Below are positions 36,515 through 48,035 of a DNA stretch of 64,000 bases, piece after piece. The notes beneath the pieces are model-generated. The model saw nothing but the letters and a program-made list of their open reading frames with translations. It searched no databases and was not told the DNA's origin. The DNA comes from Lama guanicoe. Its lineage: Eukaryota. Positions within the stretch are counted from its first letter, which is position 1. Each line of letters opens with the position of its first letter. The position numbers and the translations under genes are program-made. The stretch covers positions 435,457 through 499,456 of the forward strand of contig MU054831.1 in assembly GCA_013239625.1 (NCBI GenBank). The letters run 5' to 3'.

Positions 36515-36830
36515 CTGGGGGAGAATCAAGGTCCAGAGGCAGCGCGTGACCAGCCCCGCCTGACGTCGGGCCGCGCTCGCCGCACCTGTGCTCCCGCGGC
36601 CACCCGGAGACCACCTGGCGAAGCGCGAAGCGGGGCGGGGCCTGGGGTGGGCGGAGACAGATGGGGGGAGGTGGCCCGGCGGCGTGGGGGCGTGGCCAAG
36701 GCGGGTCGCGCGGGTAGGGCGTGGCTGAGGTGTGGGGGCGTGGCCGGATAGGTCGTGGAGGGGCGGGGCGGGATGTAGCTTGGGGCGGGGCAGGGCGGGT
36801 CGCTCCGAGGGCGGGGCCCAGGGCGCTGAC

Positions 36831-36930
36831 CTGCCCTTGCAGAAGGCGATGCAGATGGGCCAGGAGCAGGAGTTGATGAACACCTCGAGGGGGAAGGCGT
36901 CCTCGAACTTGGTCTGGGTCCGATGCATCT
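36831..36930 (-). pseudogene. ANO7: ANO7 exon ~16 remnant (12-nt deletion in TM5)
   Basis: EMHRTQTKFEDAFPLEVFI----NSCSWPICIAFCKGR; FQFV missing. Confidence 0.92.
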
Positions 36931-37021
36931 CTGTGGCACAGCGAGATCCCGTCGTAAGACCACCTCACCCATGCAGAGATGGGGAAAAGGTCCGGATATT
37001 CTAAAGAAATTCTTTCAAGAA

Positions 37022-37778
37022 AAAATGCTCAATATCACTAATTATCAGAGAAATGCAAATCAAAACTACAATGAGGTATCACCTCACACCAGTCAGAATG
37101 GCCNNNNNNNNNNNNNNNNNNNNNNNNNNNNNNNNNNNNNNNNNNNNNNNNNNNNNNNNNNNNNNNNNNNNNNNNNNNNNNNNNNNNNNNNNNNNNNNNN
37201 NNNNNNNNNNNNNNNNNNNNNNNNNNNNNNNNNNNNNNNNNNNNTTACCATATGACCCAGGAATCCCACTCCTGGGCTTGTATCCAGAAGGAAATCTACT
37301 TCAGGANNNNNNNNNNNNNNNNNNNNNNNNNNNNNNNNNNNNNNNNNNNNNNNNNNNNNNNNNNNNNNNNNNNNNNNNNNNNNNNNNNNNNNNNNNNNNN
37401 NNNNNNNNNNNNNNNNNNNNNNNNNNNNNNNNNNNNNNNNNNNNNNNNNNNNNNNNNNNNNNNNNNNNNNNNNNNNNNNNNNNNNNNNNNNNNNNCATTC
37501 TAAGTGAAGTAAGCCAGAAAGAGAAAGAAAAATACCATATGAGATCGCTCATATGTGGAATCTAAAAAACAAAAACAAACAAACAAACAAAAACAAAGCA
37601 TAAATACAGGACAGAAATAGACTCATGGACAGAGAATACAGACTTGTGGTTACCGGGGCGGTGGAGGGTGGGAAGGGATAGACTGGGATTTCAAAATTGT
37701 AGAATAGATAAACAAGATTACACTGTATAGCACAGGGAAATATACACAAAATGTTATGATAAATCACAGAGAAAAAAA
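37022..37778 (+). mobile_element. Young 5'-truncated L1 (ORF2 C-terminus and partial 3' UTR) with 19-bp TSD; contains two N gaps
   Basis: [17 protein letters not shown]...LPYDPGIPLLGLYP...ILSEVSQKEKEKYHMRSLICGI; perfect TSD aaagaaattctttcaagaa at 37003-37021 and 37779-37797. Confidence 0.92.
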
Positions 37779-38554
37779 AAAGAAATTCTTTCAAGAAGGG
37801 GCAACGTGTGGCATTCCTGGATTTCTTACCTCAAAACCATCTAAAAACGTTCTGTCGGTAAAGGAGGAACTGGGGCAAGAGATTCTAGGAAGTCACATGA
37901 TGTAGCTCAGTGGGGCAGACAGGGCATAGTTGTGGGGGCCTGGGCAGTGGAGGTGCCCAGGAAGCAGGTGCTGAGATGGAGGTGGGAGCATCAAAGGTTA
38001 ACCGGAGGTAGCACCTGAGACCAGAAAAGGGGGACACAGCCCCACTTGCAGGAACACTGAGTGGCTCCCCCAGGGCCCTGTCCCTGGGTCCCCTCACCTG
38101 GAGCCTCTCCCTGGGCACCCACCCACCTCCCACTGCCCCCCTCCATTTTGTCTGCAGAATGCTGCCCACCCCACCCTCCTCCCTAGGTGTGCTCTGAGCT
38201 CTGTCCCTCTCCTAGACCAGGACTGCAGTTTGTGGGATGGATGGATTGGCTCATCAGCACTCGTCCTTAGGAAATGGAAAGGGGTCTGAGGAAGGTGTGG
38301 TGAGGCAGGCGAAGAGGGGGAAAGAGAGGACTCACCTGCGAGGGGCAAGGATTCCTGTTGACCCAGGGTGAGGCCTGGAGTACCCAGGAGGGCCACTTCC
38401 TCTCCCGCCATCAAGGCCCTGCTCACTGCTATTGGAGGGACTTTTGGGGGTGGATGTGACATGTCCCATCTGGGCCTCGTTCAGACATGAAATAAGTCGT
38501 GTTCTGATGTGATGCAGCTGGGCTGGGTCAGTGCCAGCCAGCCTCGGCACTCAC

Positions 38555-38663
38555 CCCATTTTGTCAGGACATGGGCCAGGGCCACGGCCACATAGGTCTT
38601 GGAGAGGATGAGGGTGAAGATGAGGTTCAGGATGGACCCCATGAGGCTGGTGATGCATGACGA
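38555..38663 (-). pseudogene. ANO7: ANO7 exon ~15 remnant (6-nt duplication)
   Basis: cag|SSCITSLMGSILNLIFTLILSKTYVAVALAHVLTKW+G|gtgagt. Confidence 0.9.
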
Positions 38664-38754
38664 CTGAGGAGAGATGGCAGGTCAGAGCAGGGTGACAGGG
38701 GGTGGGGGGACCACAGCCCCACCCACCCAGCAGGAGCAGACAGTGGAAGCTCAC

Positions 38755-38853
38755 CCAGGCTGTGAGGAGCGTGTTGTTTGACCTGGACACCAGGATGGCC
38801 AGGATGGCCCTGTACAGGATGACGGACACCAGGCACATGACCACCACGGCCAC
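38755..38853 (-). pseudogene. ANO7: ANO7 exon ~14 remnant (open)
   Basis: cag|VAVVVMCLVSVILYRAILAILVSRSNNTLLTAW|gtgagc. Confidence 0.92.
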
Positions 38854-39523
38854 CTGCGGGCAGCCAGATGCCTGAGCCGCCGTGCTGCTGTCCTGGCACC
38901 CCAGCACCCTCAGGCCACAGCACCCACAGCAGTACCACCACTGCTGCGTGTCTAGACCAGGCTGTGCTCCGTGCCTCCTCTTGCTGGGGTTGCGGGGCAG
39001 TGCAGCATGGTGGGCAGGGAGAGGTGGGGAAGGGTGGTCATTTAGAATTAGAGATGGGCAACATTTGGGTGTCAAAGGGCCCCTGTGCATTGTTAGCCCC
39101 AGGTGCTAGAGAACCCACCCCACTGGCTCACCAGCCCCAAATGGGGAATTCCTGACATCTTGGAAGGGGAGGGAGTGGGTCAGTTAGGAAGCCTCTAGGG
39201 CTGGAGGGCAAGGCAGGGTGTGAGGGGCCCCTGTGCTGGGATTGCCCCCCCATCTTGAAGGATGCCCAAGCCCACAGCTGGAGAAGCCTTCCCAGAGGCC
39301 CCTGTCCAACACACACCCACCTCTTACCACCCGGACCCCTAACTTGGCTGCAGGCTTTTCCCCCTCCCTGGAGCCCAGGTAATGGGGGCCCTTCTGGTGA
39401 CAGCAAGGGTCTTGTGGCTCCCAGAGGAAGCATGAGGAGGATGGGAAGGAGGACACAAGCTGACCCCTGAGGCTCAGGAGGACAGAGGCATGGGGGGCGG
39501 GGAGGGCAGTGGCGACCCCTCAC

Positions 39524-39660
39524 CATCGTCATGACCACCACGGAGCCGGCCAGCACCGGCACAGGCGGCTCCTCTTGGGGAAGTAGGGCTCGTCCTCACC
39601 GGCGGTGGGGCTCAGGGCTGTTGTGGGAGCTGAGGCGGCCACCTGAGGCCACGGCCTCTC
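39524..39660 (-). pseudogene. ANO7: ANO7 exon ~13 remnant (-1 frameshift)
   Basis: ERPWPQVAASAPTTALSPTAGEDEPYFPKRSRLC-(fs)-VLAGSVVVMTM|gtgagg; 137 vs 138 nt. Confidence 0.9.
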
Positions 39661-39719
39661 CTGGAGGGAAGCCAGTGCTCAGCGGGGGTGCGCGCTCCGT
39701 GAGCGACCAGACCACCCAC

Positions 39720-39867
39720 CACGATGTCCTCACGGTTGGAGCAGCCCCAGGGGTGGGCCTGCATGGTGCTCTTGCACTCCAGCATCCCAAGAGGACACGG
39801 CCCACAGCGCCATGAACAGGCTGAAGAAGACGGTGCCACCATGGTCGTGGTCCAAGGGCTGGCCAGC
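39720..39867 (-). pseudogene. ANO7: ANO7 exon ~12 remnant (frameshifted)
   Basis: AGQPLDHDHGGTVFFSLFMALWAV, two 1-nt losses, then ...WGCSNREDIV|gtgggt; 148 vs 144 nt. Confidence 0.9.
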
Positions 39868-40074
39868 CTGTGGGCGGGGCGGGGAGGGGGGGTTCTGGCT
39901 CATTTGGGGCTGGTGGCCCCTGCACTCCCTCCCTGTCCTCCCTTTAGGGATGGCCCCGCCTGGTCTGTGTCTGCCCATCATTGTGTTTCGGCAGCAGGTG
40001 ACTTGTTCCCTGGCACAGGTAGAGAAGATGTCGCCCCAGGAGGGCCCATAGCCAGTCCCACCCGCACCTGACTT

Positions 40075-40660
40075 AGACGATGCAGATGAAATTTGAGACT
40101 TCTGAGTTGTCGGTATCTAGGTGAGATTTTGGACTTAGAGTTGATGCTGCAGTGGGTGAGACTTCAGGGACACTGGGTTGGGGGGGAATGTATTTTGCAC
40201 ATGGATGGATATGAAGTTTTGGGGGCCAGAGGGTGGACTGTAGTGAATTGAACTATGGGCTCCCCAAAGATGCGTCCACCTGGGACCTCAGAATATAATG
40301 CTATTTGGAAGGAGGGCCTCCGCATGTGTAATTAGGATAAGGCTCTCTAGATGAGCACACCCTGGATTAGGGGAGGGTCGAAACCCAATGACACAGAAGA
40401 GGAAACAGACACAGAGACACGTCGAGGGAGGGGCCACACGAAGATGGAGGCAGCAGGGGGAGTGACGCAGCCCCGGACCAGGGAACAGGAGGATCCCTGG
40501 CAGCGACCAGGAACCAGGGGGCGTCACGGACCCGGTTTTCCAGAAGAAGCCAGCCCTGACACCACCTCAGTGTTCGACTCTGACCTTCAGAATTGTGAGA
40601 AAACCGCTTTGTTGTGCTAGGGCCCCCCTTTTGTGACAATGTGTTACAGCAGGCCTAGGT
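40075..40660 (+). mobile_element. MaLR: 3' internal segment and MLT1-type LTR (LTR starts TG at 40239)
   Basis: Polypurine tract gggggccagagggtggac, then tgtagtgaattgaa...tatttggaa...gaccttcagaattgtgagaaa...gttacagcag. Confidence 0.8.
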
Positions 40661-41138
40661 CCCCAGGAGTGCGGCAGGGGGGCGTCTGTCTGTGGGTCTG
40701 TCCTGGCAGCAGGGCTCCAGGCCTGTGTGTGGGGCATGCTGGCAAGGCCGCTGTTCCCATGGAGACGACGACACACCGCGCGGTGCCCGGGGCTCAAGGA
40801 CTCCAGGGAGCCGCCCGTCCCGGCCTCTTGAGTTGGGAGCTCTGCGCAGCCCGTCTGTGCCCGAGAGGTCTGCCTGCCCTGGGCCCCCAGCTGACCTTGG
40901 CCAGCCACACGCAATAGCACAGTCATAGTGAGAGTGAGGAGCGGGCGTCTCCGGGCGCAGGCCCTCCGCTGAGCGCCGCGCCGTGCTGGCCAGTCGTGGC
41001 CCGGGGTTGGGGGGCATGGTGCCGTGGGGGTTACGTCACTCACAGGGGGCTTGCCTTTGACAGGGACCGAGCTGGGGGTGCAGGCAGGGCAGGACCCAAC
41101 CCGGGGGAGCTGCCGCTCTCACTTTGGCCCCCTCGTGC

Positions 41139-41234
41139 CTGGACCAGGGCACAGGCGCTGGAGAGCAGCCAGAAAGGGCAATCATGGCAGAGCAGGCACA
41201 TCTGGAAGCTGCCCTGCTGCCACACAGCTCCTGC
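41139..41234 (-). pseudogene. ANO7: ANO7 exon ~11 remnant (-1 frameshift, GAG acceptor, GC donor)
   Basis: QELCGS-(fs)-GSFQMCLLCHDCPFWLLSSACALVQ|gcacga; 96 vs 97 nt. Confidence 0.9.
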
Positions 41235-41690
41235 CTCAGGGCGGTGGGGGCGTGCTGTGGGCGCCATGGAGGGCCTGCCCTCCCCTTGCCCTCTCCCTCC
41301 CCAGCACTTCTTTTAAAGATGTGCACCATGATGATTTTTAGGTAACTTTTGGAAGTTTCAGCTCCACAATAGGGTAAAACGCAAGCCAGTCATTTATTTA
41401 TAAAAAAAGCTTACACTATTGTAAGAAGCAAGGACGAGTGCCAGTGACACTAGCCTGAGAATACAGCTGTCCCCCTGTCAGTCCGGGGGCACACCTGTCC
41501 ACCTGTGTCCGCTTGGGAACAGCCGGTCTACGTACCAGCCTTTCAGCCAAGTCCACAGGGCCCCCCGTGCCACCCTGTGGGCAGGGGTGTGCTCAGTGTG
41601 CACCTCCGTCCCCAGCTCTGCACAGGGCCTGCACACCCACCTCAGGAGACACCGGGGAGGCCTGGGAGCTGAAGGGGAGAGGACACTTAC

Positions 41691-41786
41691 GTAGGTGTGC
41701 CTGAGAACACCACGAAACAGCCCGCCAGGAACACCACACCAGTGTGCCCACCACTGCTGCTGGCAGGAGCCAGCCTGTGCAGAGCC
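41691..41786 (-). pseudogene. ANO7: ANO7 exon ~10 remnant (5-nt duplication)
   Basis: LCTGWLLPAAVVGTLV[TGGTG duplicated]FLAGCFVVFSGTP|gtaagt; 96 vs 91 nt. Confidence 0.9.
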
Positions 41787-43221
41787 CTGCAGAGGGGGCA
41801 CTGGGGTCAGCTGTCAGGGACCTGGTGGCCCGTGCCCCCAGTGCTGGGCTGAGCCTGAGGTGGGGGTCTCCACAGCCACATTTCTCCTCCAGGGAGCACA
41901 CTCAGCCAATGCTGAGTCTTCTAGGAGGAAACTGAGGGGACCGGTCCTCAGGGGTGTCCCCTGGCAGCTCTGGGTACAACTCCTCGCTCCTGGCCTCTGG
42001 CCCTCCCACCATGCTGACTTGGGCACCAAACCCAAGGGCTCTACCCAGGTGCTTCCTGCCCCCTGGACACCCCTTTCCTGAGCCCTATCTGCCTCCAACC
42101 AACTCCTGGGGTGGGTGTCCCCTCTTTGACAGGCATATCGCCCACCCATTCCCAGTTCTGGGAGCCTGGGGGTCATTCTGGATGCCTCCGGCTCTGCACC
42201 CAGCCCCACCATGGCCAGGTCCTAAGGTGCCCCCCAGTCCCTCAAGTGTGCACCCTGTCTGCCTCCCAAAGGTCTAGCCCAGGTCCATCCCAGCCTGGTG
42301 TCCTGTCTCCCCTGCATTGGCCAGTGACTTCTATAAAATGCAAGTCTGTCTAGAACCCAGCCAAGGACCCCACCCATCGGCCATCCATGGCCTGCACCTG
42401 GCCTTGCTGTCCCGGGGCCCTGCTCCTCCTCGGCCCCAGGAAGGAGCCCCAGGTCCTTGTGCACGTGGGCTGTGCCTTGGGCATCAGTGCTCTGGCCCTG
42501 CGCACCCTGCGTGGCAGCCCCCGACCCCGTCCAGGTCCACAGCAGTTGTGGATGGCCTCCCTTTCTGTGTCACCCAGAGCTGGGACACTCCACAAAGGCA
42601 GGACCCCCTGCCTCGCACAGCACCCTGACACGGCTCACAGTTTGAACGGAGATGTGCGCAGCATGAGTGCACAGGCCCGGGGGGGCAGGCACACTTGCTG
42701 TCTTTGGGGGCAAGACAGGACTTCAGGTGACTAGGGCACAGAACTCGGGGGAGGTGGAGGCTGTGAGGAAAGCAAGGAGCCTGGGGCTGCCCAGGGCAGA
42801 TGGCCATCCCAGAGGTGCCAACCTGTCTGGAGGAGGGGAGACAGTGGACCCCTGGGCCTTGGGCAGGGTGACCGCTGTGCCAGGAGTTCCTGGGGTGGCC
42901 CAGGACTTCACTGGACATGTCTGCTGGACCAGGGACATTGAGGACTGGGGTTGAAAGGGGCTCTTGCTTGCAGAAAGGGGTTCCCAGACCCGCACCAGAG
43001 CATTACGAGGGCCCCAAATGGTCACAGTGCTCGGGTACCTTACTGAGGCCAGATGGCTGGGCAGAAGCAGGGTTCGGCCAGGGAACGCTGGCCTAGGAGG
43101 GGTTGGTGTGGCCAGTGGCTGAGCCCCATGCATGGCTCCCCTCCTGGGGACATCGGTTAGCAGACTGTTACCCAGAAGACCAAGCTGGGGCCCAGAAGTC
43201 CCTGAGGGGCACGGGACTCAC

Positions 43222-43386
43222 CGAGCCAGGTGAAACGGGCAGCCGTCTTCTCCCCAGGCACCGGCGCACCTGGTCCAGAGGCTGGTGCTCGTTCCACTGG
43301 TGCCCGCGGGCCCAGCGCTGGAGCAGCACCTGTTGCTGGCTGAGGCCCAGAGCCCGCGGACTCTCTAGGGGCACCACCAAGGGGCC
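43222..43386 (-). pseudogene. ANO7: ANO7 exon ~9 remnant (-1 frameshift)
   Basis: GPLVVPLESP...QPLDQVRRC-(fs)-GEKTAARFTWL+G|gtgagt; 165 vs 166 nt. Confidence 0.9.
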
Positions 43387-44363
43387 CTGGGGATGAGAAG
43401 CCATCGGGCAGGGAGATCCCAGGATGGTCCGGGCATCCTCCCCCACCAGACACTATTCTAGGTCTGGGGGCTTCAGCACCCCCACTGTGGGCAGACGGCC
43501 AGACAAACCCCGGGACTCAGGACTGCTGAGGACAAAAGGGTCACGCTGGGGGCTGGCGTCCAGGAAGGCCCCTCTGAGGAGCGCACATCTGTGTTAAGCC
43601 CCCTGGCCTGGGGCTCCCAGGTTCCAGGTCCAGGGCAGTGGAGGGGCCTGGAGGGCGGCCCTGGGAGGAGCTGGTGGCTGTGGTCAGTCGGATCCGTGTC
43701 TCCAGGCAGGGATCTGGCAGTCCCTGGCCATGGCCAGGCCAGTGGGGCAGGCCGTCCCGGCCCCGGCCAGCAGGGAGAGCATGCCCCTGGGTGAGGGGGT
43801 GCCGGGCGTGGGCACTGGGCCACTCCCTGTGCACGCCCTCACTGACCCCTCGGTGGCATCTCAGGGTCACACAGCAGTGGGTGGGGGACTGACCTGGGGC
43901 CCTTAGGCCCCGTCGCCCCTCCCTGAAACTCTGAGGGCCTCATGGTGGGCGGCTGCAGGGGCAGGGAGTCAACAGCCTCCAGACCCAGAGGGGGGACATT
44001 TTGTCAGGGGTGATGGTAAGGCTGACGAGTCTGGTACTGTGGCCGCTGGCGAGGTGAGCACCCCTCCCTGGCGATGCCTCGGTTTACCTCGCTATGTGAC
44101 AGGCACATGAGACCTCCCCCTCCTCCCTGAGAGGGAAGCCGCCCAGGGAGACTGGGCCCGTGGCGGGCGCGCCGCAGGCCACACCGGGCCCAGTCATGCA
44201 CAGGGGTGCTGCTGACCACAGCTGCCGTCGTGGGAGGGCAGGGCCCGCTGCCTCACATGCCTGGGCAGGACCTGGGTTCCTCCTCATCCAGACACTCACC
44301 CTCTGGCAGCAGCCTGAGCCTCCCGCCCCAACCCAGCTGGGCCCCTCCGGCCCCAGGATTCAT

Positions 44364-44474
44364 GTCGTGCAGGGGGAGGGCTGCGCTGAAGACAGCCTCC
44401 CCCAGCAGCTGGTTGATCCCAAGCAAGCCTTTTTTCTTGTGGCCATAGGGGGTCTTGGCCAGGATCTCAAACAG
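44364..44474 (-). pseudogene. ANO7: ANO7 exon ~8 remnant (dead donor)
   Basis: cag|LFEILAKTPYGHKKKGLLGINQLLGEAVFSAALPLHD|atgaat (GT to AT). Confidence 0.9.
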
Positions 44475-45301
44475 CTGGGGGTGGTGGGGAAGGCACCAGT
44501 CACAGGACAGCGGGGCAGGGACATCCTGGCCCTCCTGTCTTGGGACTCAGCCCACGGGTGGCCTCTTGGGGCCCCTGGTGACAGCGGTGAAGACACACCC
44601 AGGTCCTGCTCATGTCACCGGCCCACATGGCACGACCCCTCTTTGTAGACGGGAGGCCTTGGCTCACGGCAGTCATGTCTGGGTTTGAACCCACGCCCTG
44701 GCCAAGCGCAGCCCACTCTGCATGGACCCTCGGTCTGGGCAGGGGTCAGCCTCCACCTGGAGGCCTGTCTTGGGGGGGCCTGGCCCCTGAGGGGCAGCCC
44801 ACGTGGCCTGGGCCTTCGGTTGTCAGCAGCCGGTTCTGCTGGGCAGTCCCATCCCAGCCGCTGCCCCAGCACAGGCCCCCGGGGGGCCCAGCTCTGCCCG
44901 CCCCTCTCAGGCTGCTGCAGCTGCTGGTCTGCTCTGGCCCTTGGCTCCCTGCCTCACTGGCCAACAGGGCCCCCCGCCCTCTGGCCCAGCAGTCTTGGCT
45001 GTCTGTCCCACAAACCCTTGAATGTGAGACCCAACTGGGTCCCTTGGGTCCCCGAGAAGCACGGGCCAGCTCTGCCTTTGCAGCCTGGGGATGTGCTCCC
45101 CTTGTGGAGAGAGGAGGGGTGGCCTCTGAGCCTCTGGCCCCACCTTGGGGTCTCCGGCCGGGGACACTGTCCCTCTGGTCAGTATGCAGAAAGGTCTTCC
45201 TGTATCCACGGGGGCCTCTGCTCCCGGGGGGCAGAGTTTCTGGGGCTGCAGCCTTTCAGGCCTGGGTCAGGGCGCGGGGCTTACGGCAGGACCCTGCTCA
45301 C

Positions 45302-45360
45302 AATGTGGTGCCTTGCAGGTGCTGGGGAAGAAGGCGTCCAGGTCGCCACTGCCGAGGACC
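45302..45360 (-). pseudogene. ANO7: ANO7 exon ~7 remnant (+1 frameshift)
   Basis: cag|G VLGSGDLDAFFPST-(+1)-RHHI|gtgagc, similar to human FLGSDNQDTFFTSTKRHQI; 59 vs 58 nt. Confidence 0.82.
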
Positions 45361-46278
45361 CTGCAGGGTGAGGGGCGCTGGGCCCAGGCCTACCCCATGC
45401 CTCGGGCCGCAGCCGCGGGCCCTGGGCAGCACGGGCAGCTCCCGTTGTGCCTCTTCTTTCCCAGAGGCAGGAGCACACGGCAGGTTCTCTGGCTGCAGCA
45501 GAACCCCTCACAGGGCAGAAGGAGTGGACTGCGCTTGGGCAGAGGGTCCCATGGCCACCTGTGTGTCTCCTGAAGCTCCGAGCTCGGGGCCACAGGCCTC
45601 TCTCTGGGAGGTGTCTGATGGTGGCCTGTGTGTCCAGAATGTTGACCCGAGGGCCCTCCCTGGGACACCAGAGTCTTGGGAAGCCCTGGGGTAGGGCAAA
45701 AGTGAGGAAGGCTGAATCTCCCCCCAGCCCAGAAAGCAGGTGTTCTCAGCGTGGGCAGTGAGACCCTGAGGGAGTTTCTGGTGCTGGTCACCCACGCGGG
45801 TCCCCACCAGGCCTGACGCCGCCCTAACCTGCATGCTGGCTGTGGCTGTGTGACTCGCTTTGGCCAGTAACAGGTCCATGGAAGAGGCGTCTCCAGCGGG
45901 GCCTCCAGGAGCCAGTGTGGACACGCCACCTGCACTTTCTGTGTGAGAGGGAACCTCCACCCTCCCGGGCCCACCCACCACAGACCCATGGCTGAGCAGG
46001 AAGCGGAGCTCTGAGTCCAGCCACTGAGCTGGGGGGTGCTCGTTCCACACCACAACCTGACTGTTCTGACTGATACGATGACACGTAGGTGAAGCGGACA
46101 TGCATTGAGAGCTTGCACACCTGGGACTGATGGCCTCTAGTTGAAAAGCTCTGGAAAGGAGCGTTTAGGCGGAGAGCCCCACATTTTAGTTCTCACTTGT
46201 TCCTTCTTCATCCCTGGTTCTTCGTCAGGCCTGGGACCCATGTGAGTCTGCCCGGCTGGCCGGGTGGGGCCATCTCAC

Positions 46279-46415
46279 CTTGACAGCTTACTGGCTGTGA
46301 ACTGGCAGGAGTAGGACTCGGGGGACACGTCAGGCACTTCCTCCAGAAGGATGTTGGAGACGCCCAGCTGCTCCAGTGGGCTGGCCATCCAGTTGGAGGC
46401 CTGGCTGGGCAGCTC
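46279..46415 (-). pseudogene. ANO7: ANO7 exon ~6 remnant (open)
   Basis: cag|ELPSQASNWMASPLEQLGVSNILLEEVPDVSPESYSCQFTASKLS+AG|gtgaga; 137 nt. Confidence 0.88.
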
Positions 46416-47087
46416 CTGGAAGGGGACACGGATGCCATGCGGTGGGGTTGGGTGTGCGGGTTTGCAAACAGGGCAATGGGAGAAAGGGCTCCAGCCGAGG
46501 GAACAGCACCGCCCTCCCCGGGCCATGCTACAGACCCTGTGGGGAGACCAGGCAAGCCCCTTCCCCTCTCTGGGCCTCAGACTCTAGGGCTGCTCTGCTG
46601 GTCAGTTTGAGGCCCAGAACCTCTCATGGCAGAAGGGACAAAGGGGTGGTGACTGTCTCTTTGTCCAGCCCCAGGCCATGCTGGGCCAAGGGAGCCCACA
46701 GACTGGGTGCAGAGCTGCCCTGAGCCTGCCATCCTGAGTTCAGCCGGGAGCTGCAGCCCCTCCACCCCGTGTCCCCTGTCTGCAAAGCTGGCCCTCAGGG
46801 GGCGGCCTGGAGGGGGTCTGCGCCTGGAGGGGTCCAGGTGGTCAGCTCAGAGCCTTGGCTGCCGCACTGCTCCCCCCTCCCCGAGCCACCACGGGTGCCA
46901 CCCCTCATCTGACTTGCCAGCGAGGCTTCTTGGAGCACCGTGTGCTGGGGGGAGCAGAGACGGAGTGGGGGCCCCGGGCTTCCCAGCACTGGCAGTGGCA
47001 CTGGGACACGGGGTGCAGTCACGAGGGACCCTGGCTCCTGGGAGCATCTCCAGGCCCTCTCTCTGCCCGCCACAAGGCCCCAGGTAC

Positions 47088-47195
47088 CTGCAGGGGCAGC
47101 TGCAGACGCAGGTCCTCTGCGCCAACAGCAGAGCACGGACCGGGGGCGCCGAGGAGGAGGTAGTGCACTGCGCTCTCCTCATCCTGGACGTCACG
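47088..47195 (-). pseudogene. ANO7: ANO7 exon ~5 remnant
   Basis: cag|RDVQDEESAVHYLLLGAP...AEDLRLQLPLQ|gtacct; apparent internal -1/+1 indel pair. Confidence 0.85.
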
Positions 47196-48035
47196 CTGCG
47201 GGGACAGGGGCTCTGTGAGAGCCTGGGGCACACGTGGGCTTGCACATGCATGTGTGCGCAGGTGTGGTCATCTTTATGAACTTGTGTGCACATGTGAGTG
47301 TGCACATGTGTATGTATGCCCATGAGTGTGTGTGTCCTTTCACACTCAGGAAGAGAGGCTTCCTGTAGCCACGGTGGCAACTGACCAGCACTGGTTTTAA
47401 ACTATTTGATGAATGACAAGTTCCTTCTGTGGTCCTGCTCCAGGAAGTCGACTGTCAGGGCTGCTCCTGTTTGGAAGTCAGCCAAGGAGGGACAGACAGA
47501 CACCGCGAGGCTGCCAGCTGCCCCCCGCCCCCGCCGGTGCCTGCAGCACGCTGACCTCAGTGGGAAGTAAACCCAGCTGCTTCAGTGAACAGCGTCTCGG
47601 CCTTCGACAAGCCACCAGGTATCCGGGGGCGTTACGCACATGTGATAGAAGTGAGCACATGGCTGTGCAGATGTGGGTGGGCATGGCAGTGCACACGTGT
47701 GCAGACGTGACAGGCTCTCCCGGAGCCCAGAGGGGCAATTTTCATTTCCAGGGTCTGCTGTCTCTCTGTGTGCACCTGCTTCCCAAATCAGTGATTCTCA
47801 GCCTCAGGGGTTCCCTGACTGTCCTGGGCCAGATGCCTGCTTCGGCAGGAGGAGATAACCTGGCCTGCGGTCAGTGGTTCCGCAGCTGTAGGGGGCTCAG
47901 GGAGGAGGCCCCCCGCAGGACTCTGGGGCTTGATCTGTTGCAAGGCTCTGGACGCCACACCCTCAGGCCCTGTGGGGCAAGGTCACAAATCACTGAACGA
48001 GTGCAGAGCCAGGGCCTACAACCAGCCCCACGTGC

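Larger units (their letters stand above)
36380..36960. promoter_or_regulatory. CpG island with clustered Sp/KLF GC boxes
   Basis: GGGCGTGGC x3, several GGGCGGGGC, TGACGTC at 36561. Confidence 0.7.

Noticed and set aside
44612-45694. 360-aa ORF antisense to ANO7
   Set aside because: No recognisable homology; stop-poor GC-rich intron.
47230-47345. Alternating purine-pyrimidine (TG/CA) tract as a Z-DNA element
   Set aside because: Degenerate and commonplace; no evidence of function.
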